Positions 9,763 through 21,703 of a stretch of DNA of 64,000 bases are shown here, one piece after another. Source of the stretch: an uncultured Lachnospiraceae bacterium (GTDB lineage: Bacteria; Bacillota; Clostridia; Lachnospirales; Lachnospiraceae); NCBI GenBank assembly GCA_947630025.1, contig CANRFZ010000015.1:4333-68332 (forward strand), read 5' to 3'. The notes beneath the pieces were generated by a model. The model saw nothing but the letters and a program-made list of their open reading frames with translations. It was not told the origin of the DNA and ran no database searches. The number at the start of each line of letters is the position of its first letter. Within the stretch, counting starts at the first letter, position 1. A program made the position numbers and the translations under genes.

Positions 9763-10029
9763 TGGCAACCCCTCCTTTCCTTACAGTCCGGAGGGTCAGC
9801 CCCTCCGAATCGGAGGGCAGCCGCCTTTGGCTCTCTGGTTCTCCCACATCATCATTCTACTATACGTTTCTATAAGATTCAATCATTTTTATAAACGTTT
9901 TTTCGATATATTAGAATGACAGAACTTTCCCCTGTATCAGCTAAATCTATGCCATCGGATAACATACCATGTTCGGCAGCCGGCAAGTACACTATATATT
10001 TTTGCATGATGAAGATGAAAAAGCATGAT

Positions 10030-10064
10030 AACTGCCAGACCTCGAAAGGATCTGGCAGTTTTTT
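10030..10064. terminator. Hairpin terminator downstream of groEL
   Basis: AACTGCCAGA...TCTGGCAGTT inverted repeat with an adjacent T-run. Confidence 0.6.
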
Positions 10065-10085
10065 GTAATATTCCCTTTTGTGGTG

Positions 10086-11765
<1,680 letters not shown>

Positions 11766-11785
11766 TTATATTTCTCCGCGGACGC

Positions 11786-12070
11786 CTACTGGATCACTGC
11801 CAGAATATCGCTCTGTCTCACGATAATGTATTCGTCCTCGTCGAGTTTTACTTCCGTGCCGGAATATTTGGAGTAGATGACCTGATCCCCGGCCTTTACT
11901 TCCATCTTCACTTCCTTGCCATCCACGACGCCGCCGGGCCCTACCGCGATGACTTCCGCCTGCTGGGGCTTCTCCTTGCTCTGCCCCGGCAGCACGATGC
12001 CGGATTTGGTCGTTTCTTCCGCAACCAGTTGTTTTAATACGACTCTGTCGCCAAGTGGTACTAACTTCAT
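11786..12070 (-). CDS. groES: Co-chaperonin GroES
   Basis: [11 protein letters not shown]...TKSGIVLP...; AAGGAGG RBS before ATG at 12070. Confidence 0.98.
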   Translation of the reverse strand: MKLVPLGDRVVLKQLVAEETTKSGIVLPGQSKEKPQQAEVIAVGPGGVVDGKEVKMEVKAGDQVIYSKYSGTEVKLDEDEYIIVRQSDILAVIQ

Positions 12071-12113
12071 GATAAATGCCTCCTTGTATTGTAAGATATT
12101 ATTTTTCGCATTA

Positions 12114-12140
12114 TTAGCACTCATTTCTGTCGAGTGCTAA
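12114..12140. promoter_or_regulatory. CIRCE element (HrcA operator)
   Basis: Perfect TTAGCACTC-N9-GAGTGCTAA upstream of groES. Confidence 0.97.
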
Positions 12141-12301
12141 TTACTAAAACATATATTATCTTTATATGTACCTGTTTGCAAATTTGAATATCCCTATAAA
12201 AATATTATTTTTTCATTTATTCTCTTTATTTCTCTTATTTTCTCTTGTTTTCTCGTTTTCTTCCAAATCGATGGATTTAATATTTATTTTATAATTAGGA
12301 A

Positions 12302-12510
12302 AAAGTGCTTTATCAAGTACCTTATATAGCATCTTATAAAGATCTGATAGAATACTTATAAAGCATCTGAAAAAGCACCTAATAAAGCATCCTATAAAAT
12401 ATCTGAAAAAAATCTTATAAGGCATCTGGGAAAGTGTTTAAAAAAATATTTGAGAAAATATCTAAGAAAGTATCTGGAAAAGTATTTAAGAAAAAGAGAA
12501 AGTATCAATG
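12302..12510. repeat. Degenerate 12-bp tandem array (about 16-17 units, consensus AAAGYATCTDAW)
   Basis: Units such as AAAGCATCTGAA, AAAGCACCTAAT, AAAGCATCCTAT, AAAATATCTGAA, AAAGTATCTGGA, AAAGTATTTAAG; three units are 11 bp. Confidence 0.75.
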
Positions 12511-12556
12511 AAAAAAGCCGCCCATACAGACGGCTCACTAAATAGTGTTGTTTGTG

Positions 12557-13492
12557 TCAGTTCCGGCCATGCTCCAGCCGTTCACGGTAGCCCGGCATAT
12601 TTTTGACCGCAAACTTATTGTTGAACATCTCGTACTCCGCGTCGGCCAGCTTATCCGCGATCCGCTCCTCCACGTTCGTCTTGTAGACGACGCCGCAGGC
12701 TGCGGACGGCGCCAAAACCGCGTCCTCATAGGCGTTGCAGGCTTCCTGCACATCGGCGGTGTAGCGCTCGGCCTCGCCGTCCTCCGCAAAAGGGATCAGC
12801 ACGATAAACACGTCGCCGTCCACCCTGCCGATCACATAGTCCGGTTTCGCCTTTTCCTTCAGAATCGACGCAATCGTCTTGATCAGCCTGTCGCTCTCCT
12901 CGTCGCCGTAGTGGTCGTTGACGTATTTCCAGTCATTGATATTGACGTTGATAATCGCAACGGGAACGACTTCGGAGCGGTCGATGATCTGCATACGCTC
13001 CTCGAAATACAACTTGTGGAAAACGCCGGTGAGGGCGTCCTCCTTCTCCCCTTTGGCGGTCTGGATATGCTGCATCCCCACCTTATCCTCCAGTTCATCC
13101 ATATAAATAGAGGATTCCCGGTGCAGATAAGCCTCCTCGCCCCACTGCGAGAGTATCTTGGCGGAACCATCCAATAGCTGCTCCACGGCGGCTTTCTTAT
13201 CTTCCGGCACCTTGGCGGTCTCGGCGTACAGATGCGCTATTGTCCTGCCGTACACCTGCACCTTGCGCCCCGGATTGGCCACCACGTCGGGCGTAAAGCC
13301 CGCGAAGCCTCCGATCGATACGACCTTCTCCCCATGGCGCTCTGTAATCAGGATCGCCACGCCGGTGACCGCGCAGAGCGCCTTGCAGTAATCCGTCAGC
13401 ACATCGAACGGATACAGATTTTCCAGCGTATAATTTCTGACGTTCTCTTTGATTCTTTTGTCAAAGGGAATCTCATGATAATTCATCGGCAA
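12557..13492 (-). CDS. PocR-like sensor plus degenerate GGDEF domain protein
   Basis: DALTG, NINDWKYVNDHYGD, GRVDGDVF in place of GGDEF; N-terminus resembles a PocR ligand-binding domain. Confidence 0.75.
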   Translation of the reverse strand: MPMNYHEIPFDKRIKENVRNYTLENLYPFDVLTDYCKALCAVTGVAILITERHGEKVVSIGGFAGFTPDVVANPGRKVQVYGRTIAHLYAETAKVPEDKKAAVEQLLDGSAKILSQWGEEAYLHRESSIYMDELEDKVGMQHIQTAKGEKEDALTGVFHKLYFEERMQIIDRSEVVPVAIINVNINDWKYVNDHYGDEESDRLIKTIASILKEKAKPDYVIGRVDGDVFIVLIPFAEDGEAERYTADVQEACNAYEDAVLAPSAACGVVYKTNVEERIADKLADAEYEMFNNKFAVKNMPGYRERLEHGRN

Positions 13493-13583
13493 CCTCCCAT
13501 CCCCATATAAGCCGTACCCCGCGCTGCCGCGCAGGATACGGCTCTCTCAGGCTTCGGCCCTGCTCCGTTCTCTTTGCTTGGTC

Positions 13584-14333
13584 TTATTTGTAGTTCACGA
13601 TCTTGCCGAAGTCAGCCTTCAGGGACGCGCCGCCTACCAGACCGCCGTCGATATCAGGCTGTGCAAACAGTTCCGCCGCATTTCCGGCATTGACAGAACC
13701 GCCGTACTGGATGCGGACTGCCTCCGCGGTAGCCGCGTCGTAGATCTCGGCGATGCAGTCGCGGATGCCCTTGCACACTTCCTGCGCCTGCTCGGTGGTA
13801 GCGGTCTTGCCGGTGCCGATCGCCCAGATCGGCTCGTAAGCGATTACCATGCCTTTTACCTGATCCGCCGTAACGCCCGTGAGGTCGGATTTGATCTGCA
13901 GTCTGATCCAGTCCATCGTCACGCCCATCTCTCTCTGCTCCAGAGACTCGCCGCAGCAGAGGATCGGAATCAGGCCGGACTCAAACGCTTTCTTGACTTT
14001 CTTGTTGAGCAGCGCGTCGTCTTCCTTGAAGTAGTCGCGTCTCTCGGAATGGCCGATAATCACATACTTCGCGCCGGCGTCCTTGATCATCGCCGCGGAG
14101 ATCTCTCCGGTGTAAGCGCCTTTTTCCTCAAAATACATATTCTCCGCGCCGACCGCTACGTTCGTGCCCTTTACGGCGTCCACCACCGGCACGATGTCGA
14201 TCGCCGGAACGCAGTATACTACGTCCACGTCGTCGGATTTTACCAGATCCTTTAACTCATCACACAATTTGACAGCCTCGCTGGGAGTCATGTTCATCTT
14301 CCAGTTGCCGGCTACGATTTTCTTTCTTGCCAT
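13584..14333 (-). CDS. tpiA: Triose-phosphate isomerase
   Basis: [29 protein letters not shown]. Confidence 0.98.
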   Translation of the reverse strand: MARKKIVAGNWKMNMTPSEAVKLCDELKDLVKSDDVDVVYCVPAIDIVPVVDAVKGTNVAVGAENMYFEEKGAYTGEISAAMIKDAGAKYVIIGHSERRDYFKEDDALLNKKVKKAFESGLIPILCCGESLEQREMGVTMDWIRLQIKSDLTGVTADQVKGMVIAYEPIWAIGTGKTATTEQAQEVCKGIRDCIAEIYDAATAEAVRIQYGGSVNAGNAAELFAQPDIDGGLVGGASLKADFGKIVNYK

Positions 14334-14471
14334 TTTTCTGTCCTCTCTTATTTTCTCTTAATTCTCTATATCCGATATCATTCGATAAGCACCGCCTCAA
14401 AGCAGCGCATCCGAAAGATGCGCCGTGCAAGAACGTCATCTTTCGCCGCGCCGCTTCTCACTCAGCTTATC

Positions 14472-15695
14472 TTATTTGTCGTCAGCCGCCACTACGCCGG
14501 GAAGCTCCTTGCCCTCCAGAAACTCAAGGGATGCGCCGCCGCCCGTGGAGATGTGGCTCATCTTATCCGCAAAGCCGAGCTGGTTGACCGCCGCCGCGGA
14601 ATCGCCGCCGCCGATAATCGTTGTCGCGGACGTCTCAGCCAGCGCCTTAGCGACCGCAATCGTACCTTTGGCGAGAATCGGGTTCTCGAATACGCCCATA
14701 GGCCCGTTCCAAACAACCGTCTTCGCAGACTTCACGGCATCTGCGTAAAGTTCCATCGTCTTGGTGCCGATATCAAGGCCCTCTTTGTCCGCCGGAATCT
14801 TGTCGGCGTCCACTACCTCCACGTCGATCTTGGCGTCGATCGGATTCGGGAATGCGTCCGCAATCGTCGTGTCAACAGGGAGCAGCAGCTTCTTGCCGAG
14901 CTTCTTCGCCTTATCCATCATTTCCTTACAGTAGTCGATCTTCTCATCATCTACCAGAGAGTTGCCGATCTCATAGCCCTGCGCCTTTAAGAACGTAAAC
15001 GCCATACCGCCGCCGATAATCAGCGTATCGCATTTCTCCAGCAGGTTGTTGATAACGTTTAACTTATCCGCTACCTTAGCGCCGCCGAGGATCGCCACAA
15101 AAGGTCTCACCGGATTCTCCACCGCGTTGCCGAGGAAGTCGATCTCCTTCTGCATCAGATAACCTACCGCGCACTCGCCGCCCTTGGCGCGTACCACGTC
15201 CGTCACACCCGCTACGGAAGCATGGGCTCTGTGGGAAGAACCGAAAGCGTCGCACACATATACGTCGCACAGATCCGCCAGCTCTTTGCTGAACTGCTCG
15301 CCGTTCTTGGTCTCCTCCGCGCCGCGGAAACGGGTGTTCTGCAGCAGAACCACATCGCCTTCCTTCATCGCCGCAACCACCGCCGTAGCAGCCTCGCCGG
15401 TTACATTATAGTCGGAGACGAAGTTCACGGGTTTTCCTAATTTTTCGGACAGTCTCTCCGCAACGGGCGCCAGAGACTCGCCCTCGTTAGGGCCGTTCTT
15501 TACCTTGCCCAGATGGGAGCAGAGGATCACCTTGCCGCCGTCCGCAATCAGCTTGTTAATCGTGGGAAGCGCCGCAACGATACGTGTCTCGTCAGTGATC
15601 TTGCCCTCTTTCAAAGGAACGTTAAAGTCACATCTTACCAGAACGCGCTTTCCCTTTACATTGATATCATCTACGGATTTTTTGTTTAATGACAT
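14472..15695 (-). CDS. pgk: Phosphoglycerate kinase
   Basis: [32 protein letters not shown]. Confidence 0.98.
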   Translation of the reverse strand: MSLNKKSVDDINVKGKRVLVRCDFNVPLKEGKITDETRIVAALPTINKLIADGGKVILCSHLGKVKNGPNEGESLAPVAERLSEKLGKPVNFVSDYNVTGEAATAVVAAMKEGDVVLLQNTRFRGAEETKNGEQFSKELADLCDVYVCDAFGSSHRAHASVAGVTDVVRAKGGECAVGYLMQKEIDFLGNAVENPVRPFVAILGGAKVADKLNVINNLLEKCDTLIIGGGMAFTFLKAQGYEIGNSLVDDEKIDYCKEMMDKAKKLGKKLLLPVDTTIADAFPNPIDAKIDVEVVDADKIPADKEGLDIGTKTMELYADAVKSAKTVVWNGPMGVFENPILAKGTIAVAKALAETSATTIIGGGDSAAAVNQLGFADKMSHISTGGGASLEFLEGKELPGVVAADDK

Positions 15696-15749
15696 ACGTA
15701 TGCCCTCCTGTTTTATGATTTGAGGCGCGCCGCCCCATTCTTTTCAACC

Positions 15750-15875
15750 AACGAGATGAAACGCGCTTTGCGGGTTCCATCTCGTTACCGCGGCATTCGC
15801 CAAATTGACAAGCAGGCTTGTCAGCTTGGCTCATGCCGCGTAAAACAGAGGCCCGGCCCAATGGCCGAGCCTCTG
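15750..15875. repeat. Three adjacent stem-loops between gap and pgk
   Basis: Inverted repeats at 15750-15786, 15789-15840 and 15846-15875. Confidence 0.6.
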
Positions 15876-15920
15876 CAGATTACACTATTTTATTGATCTC
15901 GTAAACGAGCTACGCTCGTT

Positions 15921-16922
15921 TTATGCCAGTTCCGAGAAGTACTTAATCGTGCGAACCATCTGGGAGGTGTAGCTGTTCTCGTTGTCATACCAAGAAACAA
16001 CCTGAACCAGATTGTCAGCGCCGACCATGGTCTGCGTAGCGTCGAAGATGGAGCCGTATGTGCTTCCTACGATATCGGAGGAAACGATCTCATCCTCGTT
16101 GTAGCCGAAGGACTCGTTGGAAGCCGCCTTCATAGCTGCGTTGATCTCCTCTTTGGTTACGGACTTCTCAACCGTTGCAACCAGAATCGTCGTGGAGCCT
16201 GTCGGTGTAGGAACACGCTGTGCGGAACCGATCAGCTTGCCGTTCAGCTCAGGGATAACCAGACCGATCGCCTTAGCAGCGCCCGTGCTATTGGGAACGA
16301 TGTTGACCGCGCCTGCTCGGGATCTTCTCAGATCGCCCTTTCTCTGCGGGCCGTCCAGAATCATCTGGTCGCCTGTGTAAGCGTGGATCGTGCTCATGAT
16401 ACCGGACTTGATGCCTGCCAGATCATTCAGTGCCTTTGCCATCGGCGCAAGGCAGTTCGTCGTGCAGGAAGCTGCGGAGATAATCGTATCCGTAGGCTTT
16501 AACGTCGTATGGTTTACATTGTAAACAATAGTAGGAAGGTCATTACCCGCGGGAGCAGAGATAACAACTTTTCTGGCGCCTGCATTGATATGCGCCTGTG
16601 CTTTCTCTTTGCTTGTGTAGAAACCGGAGCACTCCAAAACAACGTCAACCTGAAGCTCTTTCCAAGGACAGTTGTTTGCGTCGGGCTCTTTGTAGATCTT
16701 GAGCGTCTTGCCGTCAACCGTGATGCTGTCCTCGCCCGCGGTTACGGTATCAGCCAGAGCGTATTTACCCTGAGAAGAATCATACTTTAACAGGTGCGCA
16801 AGCATCTTGGGGCTTGTCAGATCGTTGATCGCAACTACCTCATATCCCTCTGCACCGAACATCTGTCTGAACGCAAGACGACCGATACGGCCAAAACCAT
16901 TGATTGCTACTCTTACTGCCAT
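15921..16922 (-). CDS. gap: Type I glyceraldehyde-3-phosphate dehydrogenase
   Basis: [24 protein letters not shown]. Confidence 0.98.
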   Translation of the reverse strand: MAVRVAINGFGRIGRLAFRQMFGAEGYEVVAINDLTSPKMLAHLLKYDSSQGKYALADTVTAGEDSITVDGKTLKIYKEPDANNCPWKELQVDVVLECSGFYTSKEKAQAHINAGARKVVISAPAGNDLPTIVYNVNHTTLKPTDTIISAASCTTNCLAPMAKALNDLAGIKSGIMSTIHAYTGDQMILDGPQRKGDLRRSRAGAVNIVPNSTGAAKAIGLVIPELNGKLIGSAQRVPTPTGSTTILVATVEKSVTKEEINAAMKAASNESFGYNEDEIVSSDIVGSTYGSIFDATQTMVGADNLVQVVSWYDNENSYTSQMVRTIKYFSELA

Positions 16923-16985
16923 TTTTTAGTCCCTCCTAAAAATCTTGATTTTTATATAATTCTGCCAATCCGATCTGGATAAGAT

Positions 16986-17038
16986 TGACAAAATTTTGTC
17001 AGCAGATTTATTTTACCTAATCTGTGCCGAAAATTCAA
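16986..17038 (-). promoter_or_regulatory. gap promoter with downstream perfect 16-bp palindrome
   Basis: TTGAAT-17-TAAAAT (17038-17010); TGACAAAATTTTGTCA at 16986-17001. Confidence 0.55.
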
Positions 17039-17187
17039 GATGTAAATCAAAAATATTTGTCTATTGTCTCGGACGGGCTTTTCTCTTTTCCAAAAACGGC
17101 TGTCGTTTCCGCAGGGCCGCTGCGCTCCGCGGCGCCTGCGTTTCCGGCAGAATCACCGTGCCGCGGCATCGGCAATAGGCGCGGCAT

Positions 17188-17805
17188 TTACCGGATGAAG
17201 TTTGTCCACTGCGGCGTCTCCCGCTGAGGCAGGCCGTAAGCCTCTCTGCCCAACGCGATGCTTTTCATTAAAAATGTCATGTTCCGCGCCAGCGTCCTCA
17301 TTCCCTGCAGGCCCTCCGCATCCTGCGCCGCTTCCCCAGCCGCCCTGCCGTGGATACTGTTCCAGTACTGCCCGGAAGCCACCGGCATACCCGAGATCGT
17401 AAAGAACTTGTTGAGCTGGTCAAAGGTCGCCGACAGGCCGCCTCTGCGCGCCGCCACCACACAGGCCCCTACTTTCATCGTCTTGTCAAAGTGGGTACTG
17501 TAGAACAGTCTGGTGAGAAACGCCACCAGCGTCGCATTGGCGGAGGCATAATAAACCGGACTGCCCACTACCAGCCCGTCGCAGCTCTCAAACTTGGCCG
17601 CTGCCTCGTTTACCACATCATCGAACACGCATCTGCCTTTTTCGGCGCAGCCGCCGCAGGCGATGCAGCTCCGGATATCCTTGCTGCCGATCTGCAGCAG
17701 TTCCGTCTCGACGCCCTCCTGTGCAAACACCTTCCTCATCTCGTCCAACGCCACCGCCGTGTTGCCGTTGGCTCTGGGGCTTCCGTTAATCATCAGTACT
17801 TTCAT
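17188..17805 (-). CDS. Flavodoxin family protein (iron-sulfur flavoprotein / NADPH-dependent FMN reductase-like)
   Basis: INGSPRANGNT, CIACGGC...C cluster, GSPVYY. Confidence 0.88.
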   Translation of the reverse strand: MKVLMINGSPRANGNTAVALDEMRKVFAQEGVETELLQIGSKDIRSCIACGGCAEKGRCVFDDVVNEAAAKFESCDGLVVGSPVYYASANATLVAFLTRLFYSTHFDKTMKVGACVVAARRGGLSATFDQLNKFFTISGMPVASGQYWNSIHGRAAGEAAQDAEGLQGMRTLARNMTFLMKSIALGREAYGLPQRETPQWTNFIR

Positions 17806-17970
17806 AGCTGGTCTCCTTTTTTTATTTTTGTTTTTATTTTTGTTCTTATTTTTGTTCTTATTTTATTTTATTTCTATCATTCTATTTCTATTTTTCTTGT
17901 TGTTAAAATGTGGAATAATTTGCAGGATTCTCTTTAATACCAACAAATGATTGAATGCTTCTTTTTCTTT

Positions 17971-19062
17971 TTACTTTGACCTCTTGATAATGCGTCCGCC
18001 GCCAAGCACATAGCCGTCCTCATAGAAGACCACGGCCTGCCCCGGCGTGACGGCCCGCACCGGCCTTAAAAAAGTGCACGTGATCTCGTCCTCCCCCGTC
18101 TTTTCGATCCTGCACCGCTCTCCCGCATGGGAATAACGGATCTTGGCAGTCACTTCACGGGGCTCCGGCAGATCCGCCATCCCCATATAGTTGATACGGT
18201 CGCAGCGGAGCGTATCGCAGAACACATCCTCCGCCTCTCCGACCACCACCTCATTGGTTTCGGGCCGGATCTCCGTGACAAACACAGGATGCCCCAGAGA
18301 CAGGCCGAGCCCCCGGCGCTGCCCGACGGTGTAGTGTGTGATGCCCCGGTGCCGCCCCAGCACCGTTCCGTCCCGCGTGACGAAACTGCCCGGCTCCGGC
18401 ACCCTGCCCGCCGCCTCCCTGTCGATATAGGCGGCATAATCGTTGTCCGGAATAAAACAGATCTCCTGACTGTCCGGCTTGTGCGCCACGGGCAGCCCCG
18501 CCCGCTGCGCGATACCGCGTATCTGCTCCTTGGTGTATTCTCCCACGGGCATCAGCGTATGCGCAAGCTGCTCCTGCGTCAGATTGTAAAGCGCGTAGGT
18601 CTGGTCTTTTCTGGCCGTGACGGAAGTCTGTACCGCATAGCGTCCCGACGGCATCCGGGCGATTCTGGCGTAATGCCCGGTGGCGATATAGTCCGCGCCG
18701 ATCTCCAGACTGCGCCGCAGCATGGATTCCCACTTCACGTACCGATTGCAGGCAATACACGGATTCGGAGTCCTGCCCTGCAGATATTCCTCGACGAAAT
18801 AATCGATGACGCGGCAGCGGAACGCCTCCCGGAAATTCATCACATAATAGGGGATATCCAGCACCTGCGCCACCCGGCGCGCATCTTCCACCGCGCTCAG
18901 GCCGCAGCAGCCGCCTTCCGCTCCGCCATCCGGCTGCTCACCGTCCTGCCAGATCTGCATCGTGGCGCCGATCACGTCATAGCCCTGCTCTTTTAACAGA
19001 TATGCCGCCACCGAGGAATCTACGCCGCCGGACATACCTACCACTACTTTTTTCTTTGCCAT
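17971..19062 (-). CDS. mnmA: tRNA 2-thiouridylase
   Basis: [40 protein letters not shown]. Confidence 0.96.
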   Translation of the reverse strand: MAKKKVVVGMSGGVDSSVAAYLLKEQGYDVIGATMQIWQDGEQPDGGAEGGCCGLSAVEDARRVAQVLDIPYYVMNFREAFRCRVIDYFVEEYLQGRTPNPCIACNRYVKWESMLRRSLEIGADYIATGHYARIARMPSGRYAVQTSVTARKDQTYALYNLTQEQLAHTLMPVGEYTKEQIRGIAQRAGLPVAHKPDSQEICFIPDNDYAAYIDREAAGRVPEPGSFVTRDGTVLGRHRGITHYTVGQRRGLGLSLGHPVFVTEIRPETNEVVVGEAEDVFCDTLRCDRINYMGMADLPEPREVTAKIRYSHAGERCRIEKTGEDEITCTFLRPVRAVTPGQAVVFYEDGYVLGGGRIIKRSK

Positions 19063-19188
19063 AGCCTGACATCCCTGCCGTTCTTTTTTACATCCGCCGC
19101 ACAGATATCCCGCCGAAACGCAGGATGCGGTTCTCACCGGGGCATCCGGCGCATACACTTAAACCGAAACACCCACGGATGGCAGCGT

Positions 19189-20550
19189 ATGAAGCCAAAT
19201 CGCCGGAAAAACCCGTTAATCACCGGAACCGCCGTTCTGACATTGACCGGATTGGTCAGCCGTCTCATCGGTTTTTTCTACCGGATCTTTCTGTCCAATG
19301 TGTTTGGGGCGGAGGGGATGGGCCTCTATCAGCTCATCTCGCCCGTGCTGGCGCTGTCGTTTGCGCTGACCGTATCGGGCATCCAGACCGCGATCTCCAA
19401 ATATGTGGCCGGGGAGACGGCCACCCGCGACTACCGCGCCTCTTTCCGCACCCTGTGGGCCGGTTTCCTGCTGGCGATGGCGCTTTCCGTGCTCTGCGCC
19501 GGCTATATCTATCTGGACGCCGACTGGATCGCGGCGGTGTTCCTGCTGGAAGAAAGAACCGCGCCGCTATTGCGCATCATCGCCCTGTCCATCCCGATGG
19601 CCACCGTTCACTCCTGCATCAACGGTTACTTCTACGGCATCCGCAAGACCGCCATCCCCGCGGTATCGCAGTTGTCGGAGCAGGTTTTCCGGGTGGGCTC
19701 CGTCTATCTGATCGACTTACTCTGCCGCAGGCACAACATGACGCCCACGATCGCCTTTGCCGTGACGGGACTGGTGATCGGCGAGAGCGCTTCGATGATC
19801 GTCTCCCTGGCGGCTATTCTCGTCCGCGCGCACCGGTTGTTTCCGTCTGGCAGCGTGAAACGGAAAGAGCCCTTGGCAAATGTCTGCGGCGAATACCGGC
19901 GCATCACGGCGCTGCTGCTGCGGCTGGCCGTGCCGTTGTCCGCCAACCGGCTGATTTTGAATCTGCTGCAGAGCGTGGAGGCGGTCTTTATCCCCAACCG
20001 CCTGATGGCCTACGGCCTGTCCAACGCCGACGCGCTGGGCGTCTACGGCGTGCTCACCGGCATGAGCCTGCCGCTCATCCTGTTTCCCTCCGCCGTCACC
20101 AACTCCGTCTCCGTCCTGCTGCTGCCCATCGTCGCCGAGGCAGATGCGGGCGGCAGGCGCGCCGCCGTCAGGCGTGCCGTCATGACTTCCATCCGCTGCT
20201 GCCTGCTGCTGGGCTTCGGGTGCACGGCCATGTTTCTGCTGCTGGGGCGCGCCGCTGGCCGTCTCCTGTTCCACTCCGAGCTGGCGGGCAGCTTCATCCT
20301 GACGCTGAGCTTTATCTGCCCCTTCCTCTATCTCGCCAGCACCCTGAACAGTATCTTAAACGGTCTCGGCAAAACCGTCCGGACTTTTCTGTTCAGCGTC
20401 GTCAGTCTGCTGCTGCGGCTGCTATTCGTCTTCTTCGCCATCCCGGTCTTTGGCATCCGCGGCTATCTGTGGGGGATGCTGGCCAGCCAAATGCTGCAGA
20501 CGCTTCTCTGCACCATGTCCGCGCTGCGGATTTCCCGCCGGGATCAGTGA
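19189..20550 (+). CDS. SpoVB/MurJ-like MOP superfamily flippase (polysaccharide biosynthesis protein)
   Basis: SRLIGFFYRIFLSNVFGAEGMGLYQL, many TM helices; CATACACT (sigma-E-like -10) upstream. Confidence 0.8.
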   Translation: MKPNRRKNPLITGTAVLTLTGLVSRLIGFFYRIFLSNVFGAEGMGLYQLISPVLALSFALTVSGIQTAISKYVAGETATRDYRASFRTLWAGFLLAMALSVLCAGYIYLDADWIAAVFLLEERTAPLLRIIALSIPMATVHSCINGYFYGIRKTAIPAVSQLSEQVFRVGSVYLIDLLCRRHNMTPTIAFAVTGLVIGESASMIVSLAAILVRAHRLFPSGSVKRKEPLANVCGEYRRITALLLRLAVPLSANRLILNLLQSVEAVFIPNRLMAYGLSNADALGVYGVLTGMSLPLILFPSAVTNSVSVLLLPIVAEADAGGRRAAVRRAVMTSIRCCLLLGFGCTAMFLLLGRAAGRLLFHSELAGSFILTLSFICPFLYLASTLNSILNGLGKTVRTFLFSVVSLLLRLLFVFFAIPVFGIRGYLWGMLASQMLQTLLCTMSALRISRRDQ

Positions 20551-20674
20551 CGCCAAAGCCGCTCTTGCGATTCTGATTTCGTTATACTATAATATAGTTG
20601 TTTTTCCCGAAGAATGCAAGCCTGCCGCGCTGCGCGGGGAGACAATTTATGGAAAAGAGGAAAAGAGGTTTATT

Positions 20675-21703
20675 ATGTCATTCCACTATGTGACGAAATT
20701 ACCGACGCCGCAGGAGATACGGGAGCAGTTCCCGGTGCCCGGACATCTGGCCGAGCTCAAACGCCGGCGGGACGCTGAGATCCGTGACGTCATCACCGGA
20801 AGAAGCGATAAATTTCTGTTGATTATCGGCCCCTGTTCCGCCGACAACGAGGAGGCGGTCTGTGATTATGTAAACCGCTTGGCCCGCGTCAACGAACAGG
20901 TCAAGGACAAGCTGATCCTGATCCCCCGGATCTATACCAACAAGCCCCGCACCACCGGCGAGGGGTATAAGGGGATCGTCAGCCAGCCGGACCCGGAGAA
21001 AAAACCCGATTTCACCAGCGGCCTGATCGCCATGCGCAAGATGCACATCCGCGCCATGGAGGAATCCGGCCTGACGGCGGCGGATGAAATGCTCTACCCC
21101 GACAACTGGGGATACGTAGAGGACATCCTCTCCTATGTGGCCATCGGCGCGCGCTCTGTGGAAGACCAGCAGCACCGTATGACGGTCAGCGGCTTCGACG
21201 TTCCGGCGGGCATGAAAAATCCCACCAGCGGCACGCTCTCCGTTATGCTCAACTCCATCTATGCGGCGCAGCATCCGCACTCTTTTATCTATAGGGGATA
21301 TGAAGTGAATACCAACGGCAACCCGCTGGCGCACGCGGTGCTCCGCGGTTCCGTCAACAAGCACGGCCAGAGCCTTCCGAACTATCATTACGAAGATCTG
21401 TCCATGCTCTGCGCGTTGTATCAGGAGCTCGACCTGAAAAATCCGGCCTGCATCATCGACGCCAACCACAACAACTCCAACAAACAGTACGACCAGCAGG
21501 TGCGCATCGTCAAAGAAGTCATGCACAGCCGCAGACTCAACGAGGATATCCGCCGTATGGTCAAGGGCGTTATGGTGGAAAGTTATATTGAGGAAGGCAG
21601 TCAGAAGATCGGGGAGGGAATTTACGGCAAATCCATCACCGATCCGTGTCTGGGATGGGAAGCGTCCGAGAGACTGATTTATGATATCGCAGACTCTTTT
21701 TAA
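20675..21703 (+). CDS. aroF: 3-deoxy-7-phosphoheptulonate (DAHP) synthase, class I
   Basis: IIGPCS, KPRTTGEGYKG, AIGARS, GMKNPT, SITDPCLGW. Confidence 0.92.
   Translation: MSFHYVTKLPTPQEIREQFPVPGHLAELKRRRDAEIRDVITGRSDKFLLIIGPCSADNEEAVCDYVNRLARVNEQVKDKLILIPRIYTNKPRTTGEGYKGIVSQPDPEKKPDFTSGLIAMRKMHIRAMEESGLTAADEMLYPDNWGYVEDILSYVAIGARSVEDQQHRMTVSGFDVPAGMKNPTSGTLSVMLNSIYAAQHPHSFIYRGYEVNTNGNPLAHAVLRGSVNKHGQSLPNYHYEDLSMLCALYQELDLKNPACIIDANHNNSNKQYDQQVRIVKEVMHSRRLNEDIRRMVKGVMVESYIEEGSQKIGEGIYGKSITDPCLGWEASERLIYDIADSF

Noticed and set aside
9900-10030. Possible gene fragment between the TA module and the groEL terminator
   Set aside because: Short open frames exist but have no recognisable motif or RBS.
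12213-12425. 70-aa ORF with FFRY/FIRC repeats
   Set aside because: Translation of the 12-bp array; no RBS, and 11-bp units break the periodic frame.
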